A DNA stretch of 37,420 bases from Reclinomonas americana ATCC 50394 (Eukaryota): NCBI GenBank assembly GCA_048213135.1, contig PS015093.1, forward strand, positions 119,523 to 156,942, read 5' to 3'. Position numbers and translations under genes: made by a program. Shown in pieces: positions 10,032 to 33,054 of the stretch (position 1 is its first letter; each line of letters opens with the position of its first letter). Below the pieces are notes generated by a model. The model was given only the letters and a program-made list of their open reading frames with translations, did no database searches and was not told the DNA's origin.

Positions 10032-11545
10032 TGTGGCCAGGGCAACAGCAGAAGACACACACGCACTCTCAACCCAGAGAGAAAAGAGAGCCTCTATCCA
10101 CACACTCTCACACACACGCACAAGAGTGACAAGACAACTGTGACATACCTTGCTGCACTCTCTCCCTCTCTCCTCGCCCCCTTCTCACCCTTCCCTCTCT
10201 CGCTCTCTTTGTTGCAGCGATTCTCGTTTCTCCTCCAGCATTGCTGGCGTCGGCGCAGTGGCACCCAAGAGCCGACTCTTCTCGGGTCCACCGGGAGCGG
10301 GCGGGCGACGACAGGCGGCGGCGTCGGCGTCTGGAGGCGCCTTGTCTGCGGCGGCATCGCAGCAGCAGATGGAGACGGAGAGTTGCGATGTGGGAGAAGG
10401 AGGGAGAAAAGGGGGAAGGAGGGAGGGAATGGGGAGAGGCGCAGAGACGATCGTAGACACACTCGTGTTCTCTGAGATTGAGAAAGAAAGAAGAGAGGGA
10501 GAGAGAGGGGAAAGAGAGAGAGAGAGGATGAAGAACACAGCGAGGCGCAAGGGGACAGGCGCAGAGACGATCGTAGACATACTAGTGTACTCTGCGAGAG
10601 AGAGGGCGAGTGAGAGGATGAGAAGCAGAAGGAGATGCAAGGGATACAGATACAGAGATTTTTCTGAGAGAAAGAGGAAGGAAGAAGAGCAAGAGGACAA
10701 GGACTCAGAGTGAGATTGTCGCTTGCGTTCCATCATTCCACCTCTCATCTTGAGTTTCTTGCTACGTCTCCTTTCGCATTGCGTTTGCTCTGGAGGCTTT
10801 GCACACACTCTGCCTTGCTCCTTCGTCAGTTCTTGTCCCCTTCAGTTCGTGCATCTCCTCGCCACTCCCTTGGATCGGCTCGCTGCATTCTGTTGTGCGC
10901 TTGCTCTCCTCAGTACGTGTTCGCTTTGATTCTCTGCGGTGTATCTTCTTCGCAAGCTATTCTCTTCAGTTCGCGCATCGTGTTCTTGCCATTTGTCTGC
11001 TCTCTCCCTTGCTGGAGATCTCTGCTCCCTCCTTCGTTTTTCTTGCGCTCTTGGCCCCCGAGCTCGTGTGTCTTTCTTCTCCTCTCCACTTTCAGATCTC
11101 TGCTCACACCTTCCTCACCGCCAGTGTTGTTCTTTCTCTCGTCCCTTCCGCACCCTTTGCCCTCCCCTTCCCTGACATCCTTCCCCTCTTTCCCACAGGC
11201 CTCCTGGAGCGCCAGAACGACACCTACATCGTGGACCTCGGCAAGGGCGCCGTAGTGCTGCGCACCATGGCCGAGGGCATCTCAGAAGAAGTGGATCGAC
11301 AGAATAGCTTGCTGAACGGCATGGTGCGTGCCTCTAACATCTTCCACTTCCTCCTCTCCCCCTATATCTCACTCCTTCACCCCGCACAGCAAGATGAAAT
11401 GGGCAACACCTCCAATCTCCTGTCGCGCACCATGGACCGCATGAAGGAGGTCACCAAGGCCGCGTCGTCGAAACACATGTGTTACCTGATTCTCTTTATG
11501 TTTGTCGCGCTGCTGGTTCTCTACTGGATGACCTACAAGGCATGA
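9566..11545 (+). CDS. BET1: Bet1-like Qc-SNARE (~151 aa, C-terminal transmembrane helix)
   Basis: Model join(9566..9576, 10218..10381, 11199..11323, 11390..11545) is phase-consistent: MASGDSRFSS...KSRLFSG...METESLLERQND...ISEEVDRQNSLLNGMQDEM...HMCYLILFMFVALLVLYW. It has a SNARE heptad with a central Q and a TM anchor. BET1 versus BET1L/GS15 is not resolved. Confidence 0.8.
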
Positions 11546-11576
11546 GCGGGGCGGCGGTAGAATCATAAGTGTACAT

Positions 11577-11693
11577 GTGCTGCGTTGCGAGTGTGTAATA
11601 GTAATAACAGCTTCACTGATCCATACACAACAAGTGCTGCGTTGCAAGTTTGCAATAGTAATACCAAAAGCTTCACTGATCCATACACAACAA
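11577..11693. repeat. Two-copy ~60-bp tandem duplication downstream of the SNARE gene
   Basis: gtgctgcgttgc.agt.tg.aatagtaata...agcttcactgatccatacacaacaa occurs twice in tandem. Confidence 0.8.
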
Positions 11694-11838
11694 TGAGCAT
11701 CTCCATTGATCGCTGTGAAGTTCCGTGTGCTTTCCTTCTACCTGCTGTGGCTATGCTGCACTTGCCCACTTATTGTTGGCTGGGTCAGTCGTGGGAGAGA
11801 GCGTTCCCCCACCTTCTTCCTTCACATATTCGGCTGTA

Positions 11839-12942
11839 TTATGAGTGACCATCCTGCAAGCCACGCAGCATGGTGCGTGCGGCCTTGCGCATGGCGGCGA
11901 TTCTTCGCGAGATATTGTCGAGGAGAGCCTCGGCGACCACCTTGCGCTCCTCGTGCAAGGCGTTCCACTCGCCCTCATACTCGGCCACCGTCGTGCTCTT
12001 GGCGGTGGCAGTGGCGGCCGCCGCCGTCTCCAGCACGGCGGCCATGTACAGCGGTGTGTAGGCCTCCAGCGTTTTTTGCAGCTCCTCCGCCGTGGAGGGG
12101 TTAAAATAGGTGAAGCACGGGTCCTCCTCGCGCCCCGAGCCCCACAGCTCCACCGTCAGCACCAGCGGCACGCCGACCTTGCCGTGCGCGTAGTCGAGTA
12201 GCGTGCCGTCGGCGGGGTACTCGCTGATGCGGCGGGCCTCGCCAGTGGCCCTGCGACAATCAATTAGAGGGGAAGAGGAAAAGAGGTGAGAGCGGTCAAG
12301 GCGCACCGAAAGTTTATCGTCGTGGATTGCACGAGACGCTTCACGAGCGACTCAATGTCCGCCGCATTGCTGGCGGTGGTGGCGGTGGTGTCGGCGTAGG
12401 GCCAGTAGATCTCCGCAATGCCGCTGTGGATGTCGAGCAGGGCGTCGAGCTGGCGAGAGAGGAGGGCGTCGCGGACGAATTGTGTTTCGCGTTCGGAGAA
12501 CGGGCGGCGGCCGCGGTATTCTTCGTCGCCGATTTTACCGCTGCGCAAAAAAGGGAAGGAGAAGGGGGAGGGGGAGGGAATGGGGATGAGGGAAAGGGAG
12601 AAGAGAGAGAGAGGGATACACGAATGGAAGAGAGAGAGACAAAGACGACTGATGACAGAAGCAAAGGGGCGGTGAAATGCAGCAATAGAAGAAAACCAGA
12701 TTGGGAGTCGCAGACAAAGGGTTTATACGGACAGCTGAACGCAGTGAGGATGCGAGATTGAAACCAACAGAGAGAGAGAGACAAACAAAGACGACTGACG
12801 ACAGAAGAGAGAGGGCGGAGAATGCAGCAAGTGAAACAAACTCTCGTGGGAGTCGCAGACGAAGAATCAAGACAACCTGCTGAAAATAAAGGGAAAGCTG
12901 AACACAGTGAGGATGCGAGATTGAAACTAACAGAGAGAGAGG

Positions 12943-12973
<31 letters not shown>

Positions 12974-14566
12974 AGAGAGAGACAAAGACGGTCAAAGACA
13001 GAAGAGAGAGAGGGCGGAGAATGCAGCAAGTGAAGAAAAGACCGCTTGGGAGTCGCAGACGAAGAGTCAAAGAAAACCTGCCCATAATGAAGGGACTGTT
13101 GTGTTGCTCTGCGGATGCGAGATTGAAACGAACAGAGAGAGATAGGGAGAGAGGGAGAGAGGGAGAGAGACACAAACGAAGACGGCTGGTGATGAAAAAC
13201 CGGGGCGGAGAATGCAGCAAGTGCAATAAAACCCGCTTGGAAATCGCAGACGAAGAGTCAAAGGCCACCGAAAGGCAATGTATGATCATACAAGGACAGT
13301 TGAATCGCTCTGAGGATACGCAACGGAGCCCACCAAGAGAAAAGAGGGAGAATGGCGATGAAGACAGGAACACTCCCCATTACACGCCTCATAGAAGAGC
13401 GGCAATCACATGAGGCAAGGTCAGGGGAGGGGGTGCATCTCAATCACTCTACCTCCCTCCCCTTGTCTCCCTTCCCCCTTCCAGCTCACCTGCTCCCCTG
13501 TCCACCAAAGTTCCAATCAAAATTGCGATTGAGATCGACCTGCGCATCGTTCCCGCGAAAGCAATCATCCTTGGTCTCCTCGAGGCGCAGTCGCCCGTCG
13601 GGATTCAACAGACCAATCATGTACAACTCGGCGCGCTCCAGCACCCGCCACACGAGTGGCGACTTGCTACGGCTGCCGTTGGCGAGGTACGCCAGAAAGT
13701 GCAGGAACGACTCGCTCGGCACCAGCTCGCGCGGGTGCATGCCGAACACGAAGCCGACGCGGACCTTGTTCTGCGTGCGCGTGCTGTCCTTGCGAGCGCC
13801 CACCGGTCCGCCCGTGCCGTCCGTGTCCAGGCGCTCCTCCCGGGCGTCGTGGTCGTCGACGTCGTCGTCGATGGGGAGGATGGTGGAGGGGGGAGGAGAG
13901 GTGATCTGTGGGAGGGAAAGGGTGAGGGAGAGGAAGGGAGGTGAGAGGGAAGGGAGGAGGAAAGAAGGACATCGTCCCTGCTTCCGTCATGTGAGCGATC
14001 AACGCAGCGAGGGAAAGAACGCAGTGACGACCATTCTGTTCGTTGCCGCAGTGCAGTCCCTGAGGAGAAGAGGCGAGGAGAAACTGATCACGAAATACAA
14101 GAGCAGACACGGCAGTCTGCAGCTGACTTGACAAGGTACAGAGCAATTCTTGATTGCAAGCTGCAACTGCACAACTTCTGCAAACAATGCAGCTCTTGAT
14201 CGCAACGAGAGACAGAGTAATCCTTTGCCCTTTTCCTCCCTTATCATCCCCTTTTCCTCCCCTTCTCCTCCCCTTCCCCTTCATGCCTCCCACCTTGAAC
14301 AACTCCACACTCGTCCCTCTCCTCGTCACCGTCGACTGCACAATCTTACATGTGCCTTTTGGCGCGAACGCCTCACTGCATAAACGACGAGCCTCGCTAA
14401 TCACAGAAGACACAGAGTGATACAGATCGCGACCTTGCTCTTCCTCCTTTGCCACACTGCATAAAACACAATGTGAGGGGGAGTGTGTGTGTGAGGGAGT
14501 GTGTGTTTTCTACCTTGTGCAGGCGAGGAGGCAGAGGAGCGCGAGGAGCAGCGCGTGTCGTTGCAT
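11839..14566 (-). CDS. Secreted zinc carboxypeptidase, peptidase family M14
   Basis: Model join(14566..14514, 14456..14294, 13905..13490, 12540..12307, 12250..11839) is phase-consistent. Signal peptide MQRHALLLALLCLLACTS. Motifs: YHS, GMHPRE (HxxE), NPDG, DLNRNF, YRG..PFSE.ET, DIHS and TVEL (catalytic Glu). Confidence 0.9.
12630..13320. repeat. Intronic degenerate tandem repeat (~4 units of ~165-200 bp)
   Basis: Recurring blocks gatgcgagattgaaac (near 12749, 12912, 13114), ggcggagaatgcagcaagtg and gggagtcgcagacgaaga. Confidence 0.75.
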
Positions 14567-15032
14567 GTGTCGTGCGTGTGTGTCCTGTGTCCTTCTTCGT
14601 TGTCTGTCTGTCGGTGTGAGAGAGGGGAAGGCCTGTGCGTCTGTCTCGCTGTGTGCGCGCTCTCATGTCGATGTTCAGAGTTGCGTTGGAATCGTAATGA
14701 GTGTGAGAGACAACTCGTGTGACATTGGGCGCACTCAGCATTGACACACTTCGCGCGCTCTCTCGCAACACACTCTGCTCTCTCTCTCTCTCTCCCTCTC
14801 ACACATATACACTCACTCACACTCTCTCAGTGCACCCTCTCTGCGCTGCAGTCACTCACTTGTTGACTCACACTCTTTCGCGCGCGCATCATCTCTTGAC
14901 CTCTCTCTCTTCTCTTCACTGCACACTTGCACACTGACACTCATACACACACACACACACACACACTGTCGCACTCTCCACGCTGCAAACTTGCGATCTG
15001 ATGCATGCAAGCCTCTCTTTCTTCTCTCTCTC

Positions 15033-15160
15033 TCTCTCTCGCACTTCTTCATACCATACATGCGCCACAACGTTGCACCTTGCGTACTGATACACTCTCT
15101 CGCACTTCTTCATACCATACATGCGCCACAACGTTGCACCCTTGCGTACTGATACACTTG
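15033..15160. repeat. Two-copy ~60-bp tandem duplication
   Basis: ctctctcgcacttcttcataccatacatgcgccacaacgttgcacc..gcgtactgatacac occurs twice. Confidence 0.8.
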
Positions 15161-15346
15161 CACACTGCTCTCGCACACTCCTCTTGGTCTTGTCATTCCA
15201 CACTCTCTCACTCCCTCTTGCTATCGCTTTCCATTTCCTCCTCCTTACCCCACCCTCTCTCTCTTCTTCTCCCTCCCTTCCCTCATCGCCCTCTCCTTCC
15301 CAACCCTTCTTCTTCTTCATTCTTTCATCACCATCTCCTCCTTCAG

Positions 15347-17176
15347 AAACGCGCCACTCAAACTGGCGGCAAAACGCATCACCGTCACCACCACCACCAC
15401 CACGACAGTGATGATGAGGAGGATCTCTCTGCATTGGTCTCGTCCAAGAGCGGCAGCAAGATGCAAGTGGACGGCGACGATGACGACGATGCAGAGGAGA
15501 TTGTCAAACCGTATCGATTCGATCCACTAGGTCTCCCACCTCAACATTCTGTGTAAGATGCTGCTGTTGCTCATTCAGAGTGCTGCAGCGCACGTGCCTG
15601 CTGGAGACGACGATGACGATCGGCATCTGCAGTCGGCGAGCGATCCGCATGCGTGGCGGTTGCCGGAGGTGGCGGTCGACGATGATGGTGAGGAGGTGCG
15701 GGCGCAGCCGGCGGTGGCGACGGGCCTGGTGCGCGAGGAGTGGATGACCAACAAGGAGATCGGGCGGGAGAGCATGGCGCGTGCGTTTGGCAAGGATAAG
15801 AATGGTNNNNNNNNNNNNNNNNNNNNNNNNNNNNNNNNNNNNNNNNNNNNNNNNNNNNNNNNNNNNNNNNNNNNNNNNNNNNNNNNNNNNNNNNNNNNNN
15901 NNNNNNNNNNNNNNNNNNNNNNNNNNNNNNNNNNNNNNNNNNNNNNNNNNNNNNNNNNNNNNNNNNNNNNNNNNNNNNNNNNNNNNNNNNNNNNNNNNNN
16001 NNNNNNNNNNNNNNNNNNNNNNNNNNNNNNNNNNNNNNNNNNNNNNNNNNNNNNNNNNNNNNNNNNNNNNNNNNNNNNNNNNNNNNNNNNNNNNNNNNNN
16101 NNNNNNNNNNNNNNNNNNNNNNNNNNNNNNNNNNNNNNNNNNNNNNNNNNNNNNNNNNNNNNNNNNNNNNNNNNNNNNNNNNNNGGCGGGGATGGCGATG
16201 ACGAGAAGAAGACGAGGGATGATATCGAGGCGGAGAAGCGAGCGGCCATTCGCAATGCGAGGGAGCTGAATCCGTATCTGAAGGATGGGGGGTCTGGGTT
16301 GCCGGCGGAGGTGGGCGCGGGGGAAAGGGGAAGGGAGGGGAGGAGAAGGGGAAGGGGAAGGGAGGGAAGGAGAGAAAAAAGGGAGGGTGAGCGTGTGCTT
16401 TCCTATCTCTCTCCGTCATCCTCTCACGAAGTCTCTCTTTCTCTTCTACGTGTGTGAGTATGTGGGGATATCAGGCACCACGAGGCTATGCTTTAGTGAA
16501 TGTGAGAGCGAGGGTAAACAAGCGAGTGTGAGCGAAGGAGTGTGTGTCAGCGAAATGGATCGAGAGTAGATGAGAGGGATAGCAGGAAAGGTTGAGTTTG
16601 TTGTTGAACGAGTGAGGCAGTACCTCACTGTATGCGTCGCACAACGCATGCGCGAACAAGTGAGTTTGCGCTAGACGAAGTGAGAAGTTGACTGAGTGTA
16701 CTTCAGCGAGAGTGAGAGTGCGCCTGTTGGTGTTCGATTGATCACAACATGCCATTGTGCTCTTGCGTGTATCGCCCTGATTCGAGGCACGTACACCCTG
16801 CGACACTGCGGGCCAGCGAGTGAGCGACTTCGTAGTAGCGAGCGGGTCGTTGTTGGGAAATGCACGACAGTGAGACCGCATAGATGTGACTGTGCTTGTG
16901 CCTCTCTCTCTCTCTCTCTCTCTCTCTNNNNNNNNNNNNNNNNNNNNNNNNNNNNNNNNNNNNNNNNNNNNNNNNNNNNNNNNNNNNNNNNNNNNNNNNN
17001 NNNNNNNNNNNNNNNNNNNNNNNNNNNNNNNNNNNNNNNNNNNNNNNNNNNNNNNNNNNNNNNNNNNNNNNNNNNNNNNNNNNNNNNNNNNNNNNNNNNN
17101 NNNNNNNNNNNNNNNNNNNNNNNNNNNNNNNNNNNNNNNNNNNNNNNNNNNNNNNNNNNNNNNNNNCGTTGTCGTC

Positions 17177-17226
<50 letters not shown>

Positions 17227-18968
17227 TTCGCGTAGCGAACCTGACGCCTTCGTAGTTGTGAGGATATTCACGACAAAGAGAGCTGGTAGAGGTGTCTCTG
17301 TTTGTGCCAGTCTCTTTCTCTGTCTGTGTGTGTGACTGTCTGTCTGTCTGTCTCTGTCTCTCTCTTTCTCTCTTTCTCTCTCTGTGTGTTTGTCTCTCTC
17401 TCTCTCTCTCTGTGATTTCTCTCTCTCTGTGTGCCTTTCTCTCTCTCTGCCTTGCTTTCTCTGTGAGTGAGTATCCAAGAGTGCAACAAGAGTGAGTGCG
17501 TGTGCATTCCTGCCTCTGACTCGTTGTGTCCTTTCCCTTTCGCCAGGGCACCGCACCACCACCGCGTGATGTGACCATGTCCGGTGACCGACGTGCCCGG
17601 GGCACCGACGGCGGTGCAATGTGGCGACGCAAGGCGGTGCAGCGTGCGCGCGAGCGTGCCGAGGAAGAGGGTCGTCCGTTTGAGGAGGTCGTGATGGAGC
17701 GTTGGGGAGTTGCGTTGCACAACCATCTCTCGATCAAAAGATCCCCCTTTGCTAACTCTGCCATGCGCAGTCTCTGGACATTCTCAAGGAGGTGGAGGAG
17801 GACGCTCGTCGCGGCGGCGATGACGATGGTGGACGTCGCCATCGTCACCATCACCACCACCACGAGCACCATCATCGACATGCTCGCGACGATGACCGAC
17901 ACCGACCGCGAGATGACGATCGCCATCACCACCACCGCCACGGAGACAAGAAGCAGGAAGAGGAGGAGGAGAGTCGTCACAGTCATCATCACCGCAGCCG
18001 TCACCATCATCACGATGACGACGGCGGCCGTGGTGAAGGTTACGACGGAGACCGTGATCGCGACCGGCGACGGGAGCAGAAGCGCGATAGACGTCGCCGC
18101 GATGCAGATCGCCTGGGCCTCGTCGCGCCCTCCAGCACCGAGGATTTGCGCTGGGAGGAGCGCAAATCGGGCGGCCGTGCCTCGCCCCCGCCGCCCACAT
18201 CGTCGCCGTATGTGGCGAAGCAGGAGGAGGAGGAACGCGCCAAGACTCCTCCCCCACCACCGGCCAAGGAGGAGGACTCGGCGGAGCGCATGCGCGAGGA
18301 GATGCGACGACGTGTGCGTGAGCATGCGGAGAGGGTGAAGCAGGCTCCCGCAGTGTTGCCGCCGCCACCGCCACCTCCTGCAGCACGGCCGGTGGCGCCG
18401 CCTTCATCGGGTGCACCGGTGCCCTCGGTGGATGCCATTCTGCAGGCGCGAAGGATGCAGGAGGAGTCGTCGTTGAAGAGCGAGGCGGAGCGGTGAGTGT
18501 GTGCGTGCTTGAAGATGTGTGCTTGAAGAGAGAGAGAGAGATTGTGCGTGTGTGTGTCCGTGGCATGCGTAATAGTTCATGTATGGTGCGCGTGTATTGG
18601 CACCGTGGTTGAGTTCTCATCTCATTATTCTGCCACTCCTGCAGCGAGGAAAAGCTGAACAAGTTGGCCGGTCGAGCGATGAAGGCTCAACTGAGTGGCA
18701 AGACGGAGCTGCACGCCAAGCTGCAAAAGGAGATGGAGGAGTTGAAGCGTGCGCCGATTGTGCATGTGAAGCTGGTGGCGCCGTCGGTGGATCTGACGGG
18801 GCGGCCGGTGACGCTGGGTGGGCCGGAGGTGGCGGATTTGAGAGTTGCGGGGGTAGGGGAAGGGTGGGGGTGAAGGGGAAGGGAGGCAATAGGGGAAGGG
18901 AGGGGCAAGGGGGGGAGCGGGGGTGTGTGAGCGAGTGTGTTTGAGTGCGTGCCAGTATGTGGGTGCGT

Positions 18969-19067
<99 letters not shown>

Positions 19068-20739
19068 TGTAGTGTGTGTGTGTGNNNNNNNNNNNNNNNN
19101 NNNNNNNNNNNNNNNNNNNNNNNNNNNNNNNNNNNNNNNNNNNNNNNNNNNNNNNNNNNNNNNNNNNNNNNNNNNNNNNNNNNNNNNNNNNNNNNNNNNN
19201 NNNNNNNNNNNNNNNNNNNNNNNNNNNNNNNNNNNNNNNNNNNNNNNNNNNNNNNNNNNNNNNNNNNNNNNNNNNNNNNNNNNNNNNNNNNNNNNNNNNN
19301 NNNNNNNNNNNNNNNNNNNNNNNNNNNNNNNNNNNNNNNNNNNNNNNNNNNNNNNNNNNNNNNNNNNNNNNNNNNNNNNNNNNNNNNNNNNNNNNNNNNN
19401 NNNNNNNNNNNNNNNNGTGTGTGTGTGCGTGTCAGTATGTGTGTGTGTGTGCGTGTCAGTATGTGTGTGTGTGTATTGTGTGTGTGTGTGTATTGTGTGT
19501 GTGAGCGAGAGGGAGAGAGGGAGAGAGGGAGATGAGGAGATGGCGGATGGAAGGCAGAAACTGATATTTGATTGGTTGCTGATGTTGTGATGGCAGGGCA
19601 AGGCGGGCACGGGAGAGGACGCGACGGTTACGCAGTTGTTGGCGGCTGAGGTGAGTGGTGAACAGAAGAAGAGAAGCGACTTGCAGACGGTGCATATTGA
19701 AGAGATGCAATGCATGTGCCTGTGAATCTGTGTCGGTACTATGTGTCCCACCGTGTTTCTAACACAAGGAGTTGAGCGATCCTTACCTTTCCCCTCACTC
19801 TTCCCCCTTTCCCTTGTGCAGCGCGCCACTCGCTCCGCCGACTACTCCCTCGAGCTGGCTCGCTCGCTGGGCGGTGCACAACATGGCCGCGCTCTCGACG
19901 ACGCCTTTGACGGCGCCGACTATCCCGACGTTGCGCCATCCTCCCATCGTCCTTGCTCTGCTCTCTTTGCTAACTTGCTTTGCATTTCTCAGAAATCCGG
20001 TCGAAAGCCACGGCAGCCACGACCCGGCCAGCAGTCCAAGGAGCAGCGCCAGCGCCAGCAGACCATCATGCGTTTCGTCCACACCCTTCCGCGAATTCCC
20101 TCCTCACCCTCGCCCTCACTCTTCTCCCTTTCCTCGACACAGACAACCAGCGCTCGGCACGCGCCCTGGAGGGCTGCCAGTGGTGCATGAACACGCCAGC
20201 CTTCCGCCGCGACCTGATGATCGCCATGGGCGAGCACGTGCTGCTGATGCTGACGCCGTCGCAACCGATTGTGGCCGATCAGTGCTGCCTGGTGCCGATT
20301 ACGCACGCCTCCTCGTGGCGCGGTGTGGACGAGGAGGTGTACGAGGAGATGCAGGTGTTCCGCCGGCACCTCGTCAACATGTTTGAGGCGCAGGATCGCG
20401 GTGTGGTGTTTGTGGAGACGGTGCGCTTCCTGAAGAAGCAGATGCACACGCGCATCGATTGCTACCCGCTGCCGCGCGAGTCGGCCGAGGATGCGCCGAT
20501 TTATTTCAAAAAGGCCATTATGGAGGCCGGCAGTGAGTGGTCGCAGAATGTGCGATTGGTGGATACGAGGGAGAAGGTGAGTGGGGGGAAGAGGCAAAGG
20601 GAGAGGGAGGTGAAGAGACGGAGAGGCAAAGGGGGAGAGAGACAAAGGGAGAGAGAGGGAGTGAAGGGAGGGAGAGAGAGGCGAAGGAAGAGAGAGGCGA
20701 CGGGAGAGAAAGAGAGGGAGGCGGAGGAGAGAGAGGTGC

Positions 20740-20773
<34 letters not shown>

Positions 20774-22417
20774 GCAAAGGAAGAGAGAAATTGAGGTGAA
20801 GTGCGATGGTATTGCCAGAGAGACAAGTGGGGGGCGAGTGGGAGGTGAAGGAGAGAAAGAGGAGAGAGGCGCAGGAAGAGAGAGGTGAAGAGAGAAGGGG
20901 CGGAGAGGGATTCGAAGAGAGAGAGAGAGAGAGACAGAGAGACAAAGTGAGGGAGAGGCGAAGGGAGAGAAAAAGGAAAAGGGAATGAGAAACGAAGAGA
21001 GGCAGAGGGGCGTTCGTGAAGTCGGATGGAGACAACAGGGGAGCGAAGGTTGAGGGAGGTGAAGGGAGCGAGTGGGAGGCGACGGGTGACAGAGGCGAAG
21101 GTGGAGGGAGAGAGAAGGCGAAGGGAGGGAGAGGGAGACGAAGGGAGAGAGGGGAAGGGTCGGGGAATAATATTGGAGTCGGGGAGAAGGCAAGCACAGA
21201 TGATGTTTGCGAAGTGGGATGGTGTTATCAGAGACAATTGGGGACAGAGATGAGAGAGACAAATGGAGAGAGAGGGAGAGCCAAAGGAAGAAGAGAGAGA
21301 GAGGGAGACAAACGGAGTGNNNNNNNNNNNNNNNNNNNNNNNNNNNNNNNNNNNNNNNNNNNNNNNNNNNNTTCTCCCTCTCCCCTCCTTCGCCTTCTCG
21401 CTCCTTCTTCGCCTCCCACTCTCTCCCGTATTGTCTTCTGATAACATCATCTCACTTCACAAACGCTCCTCTGCGCTCTTCTTCTCCCTCTCTATGTCCC
21501 CAACTTCGATATTCGTTTCCTCTACTCTCATTTCGCTCTCCGTTCGCCTCACTCTCCGTCCGTACACCTCTCTCTCCTCCTTCGCCTCTCACTCTCTCCC
21601 CTATTGTCTGTCTGCGAACACCATCCCACTTCGCAAACATCATCTGTGCTTGCCTTCTCCCTCTCTGTCCCCGACTCCAAATTTGTTTCCCCAGTCCTTT
21701 ACCCTCTCTCCCTTCGCCTCCTTCTNNNNNNNNNNNNNNNNNNNNNNNNNNNNNNNNNNNNNNNNNNNNNNNNNNNNNNNNNNNNNNNNNNNNNNNNNNN
21801 NNNNNNNNNNNNNNNNNNNNNNNNNNNNNNNNNNNNNNNNNNNNNNNNNNNNNNNNNNNNNNNNNNNNNNNNNNNNNNNNNNNNNNNNNNGAAAGAGAGG
21901 GGAAGGGACGGGGAATAATTTTGTAGTCGGGGGAAAATGGCGATCGCAGAGGAGCGTTGCTGAAGTGGAATGGTGTTGCTGACGTCCACTGGTGACAGGG
22001 ACTGCGCCGATCTATTCCCGAAGGCTTTGCGTACTTCCACGTCGAGTTCGAGCAGGGTGGCGGTTTCGCGCACATTATCGAGGAGGAGAAGGAGTGGTCG
22101 CAGGGCTTTGGAGAGGATATCGTTGGTGGCATGCTGGAGATGGACCCGGAGCAGGTGAGCAACAAAAAGAACGGCTTATTCCTCCTCCTCTGTCTCACTC
22201 ATTCGTCGCGCAGTACCTGGGACGCCGACGCGGCAAAGGCGCAGCCACGAATGCCGCTGCGGCGGTGTCGGAGCGCGACCGCCTGCGCAGCTTCCTCAAG
22301 ATGTGGGAGCCTTACGATTGGACGCAGATGCTGGATGGAGGCGATTATGAGGGTTCATCTGCCGCCCCCGCCGCCACCACCACCACAACGACGGAGACGG
22401 CTGCTGCGGGAGAGTAG
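15347..22417 (+). CDS. CWF19L2: CWF19-like protein 2 (CwfJ C-terminal domains), multi-exon and spanning gaps; first exon not located
   Basis: Family motifs occur in order across exons: REEWMT, RELNPYLKDGGSGLP, DGGAMWRRKA..RA.E.A.EEGR.FEEVV.ERWGSL, NKLA...MKAQL.G, CQWC, VVFVET, HT.IDCYPLP, APIYFKKAIMEA.SEWSQN, FAYFHVEF..GGGFAHIIEEE, FLKMWEPYDWT. Stop at 22415-22417. A His/Asp/Arg-rich low-complexity insert lies at ~17800-18120. Confidence 0.9.
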
Positions 22418-22435
22418 TCTTGATTTCTTTACCAT

Positions 22436-25190
<2,755 letters not shown>

Positions 25191-25516
25191 CGTCGTGCAT
25201 TGTCTGCAGACCACCGTCATCGTGAAAGTCTTTTCGCTGTGATGCATGAGAGAAGGGGGTGAGTGAGAGTTACAAGATCTCGTGGAAGCGAGTGTGCGAA
25301 ACTCGGCGTGTGCGTTTCATTTGCAGTGCAGAGTGGCTGCTGACAAGGACAAGGACGCAGACTTTCTTTCGTCAACTGCAAACTTTGAAGTTTTCGTAGG
25401 TCTTCTGGTATGTCACAAAGAGCGCTGTCGTCTGTGCTGCAGCAGGCTACACTGCTGCATGTTCACGATGTTCATTACTGCAAATGACAATCCTTGCTCG
25501 CATGCTTCTTTTCCTT

Positions 25517-31166
<5,650 letters not shown>

Positions 31167-31203
31167 CTGAGATAGAGGGATTGTGAGACACAGACAGACA
31201 GAC

Positions 31204-31283
<80 letters not shown>

Positions 31284-31530
31284 NNNNNNNNNNNNNNNNN
31301 NNNNNNNNNNNNNNNNNNNNNNNNNNNNNNNNNNNNNNNNNNNNNNNNNNNNNNNNNNNNNNNNNNNNNNNNNNNNNNNNNNNNNNNNNNNNNNNNNNNN
31401 NNNNNNNNNNNNNNNNNNNNNNNNNNNNNNNNNNNNNNNNNNNNNNNNNNNNNNNNNNNNNNNNNNNNNNNNNAGTGTGGGAGGCCACGTCATGAATTGT
31501 CATGGGTGGATGAGTGGCAGGGAGGGAGAG

Positions 31531-31564
<34 letters not shown>

Positions 31565-31921
31565 GAGGAGGAGGAGGGGAAAAGCAGCAGTAGAGCAGAA
31601 TGCAGTAGAGTCGCACTTGAATGAGGGAAGGCGAGGGGAGAGAGAGAGCGCGAGAGAGAGAACAGGGGGCAAGTCAGAGGACAGAGAGTAGAATGCAGCA
31701 GCAGCTGCAGGAGTACAGCAGATTGTGGCAGAGCTGCACTTGAAAGAGGGAAAGAGAGAAGAGGGAGAGAGAGCGTGAAGAAAGGAGTAGAATGCCGCAG
31801 AAATGCGCTTGAATGAGGGAAGGTGAGGAGAGAGAGAGAGCAGGGGGCGAGGTGGAGGACAGGGAGGAAAGGAGAGGAGAATGTGCTGAGGTGCTCCTTG
31901 CGAGAGGAAGGCGAGGAGAGG

Positions 31922-32240
<319 letters not shown>

Positions 32241-32564
32241 GCAGATGAATGAGGAGGAAAGGAGCAGAATGCAGCAGAGTTGTACTTGCGAGAGGGAGGC
32301 ATTGGCGTTGAGATTGAATGAGAGAGAGAGAAGCGGAGGAGGAAGGTGTGATGTGTGTGTGAGAGAGGAGAGTGGGAGAGGTTGAGAGATGGAGAGAGGG
32401 AACGCAACGGTGACTAGGTGGCAGCGTGGATCACGGAGAGGTGAGAAGACACGAGCAGCTCGTGTTGGAGCTGCACTTTGCAGGATGGATACATGAGTGG
32501 CATGAGGCACAGAGAGCTCAGCGAGTGAGAATGAGGGAGAGGAGGAAGAGCGTCTGTCGCAAGA

Positions 32565-32601
<37 letters not shown>

Positions 32602-33054
32602 GAGAGAGCAAGCAGAAGGTAGAGTTTGAGGGGGAAAGGCATGCAGATTGAGAGGTACAGAAAGGACTGGAGCACGAGGTGGCAGATTGAGATCAAAGTG
32701 GAGAGCTTGAGAAGCAGGCATTGAGATCGTCAGAGGCAGGAATTGAAGAAGCTTACTCTGCAGCGTGCATCGTGAGAGACTCAGGTTTGACTTCATTTTG
32801 ACTTGGAGAATTGTGCGTCACTGGGAGCTTGTGTTGCGAGGAGGAGGAGGAGGAGGAGAACCCTGTCGCAAAGCGATCTCTCGCTCTCTGAGTTTGGTGC
32901 AGCCTTGACACCTTGTGCTGTCCTCCCTCGCTGAGTGTCAGCGCTCGTCTCGACCTGTGAGAGCGTATCTGCAGAGAACAGCACGAAGCGAAAGGGGATT
33001 GCCTTCACACCGGCTTCTTCCAACTCCGTCCCTAACTCCCTTCTCCCTCCACAG

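Noticed and set aside
21372-21725. Large inverted repeat relative to ~20995-21250 in a CWF19L2 intron
   Set aside because: The segment has gaps on both sides and is most simply a mis-oriented contig of an intronic tandem repeat.
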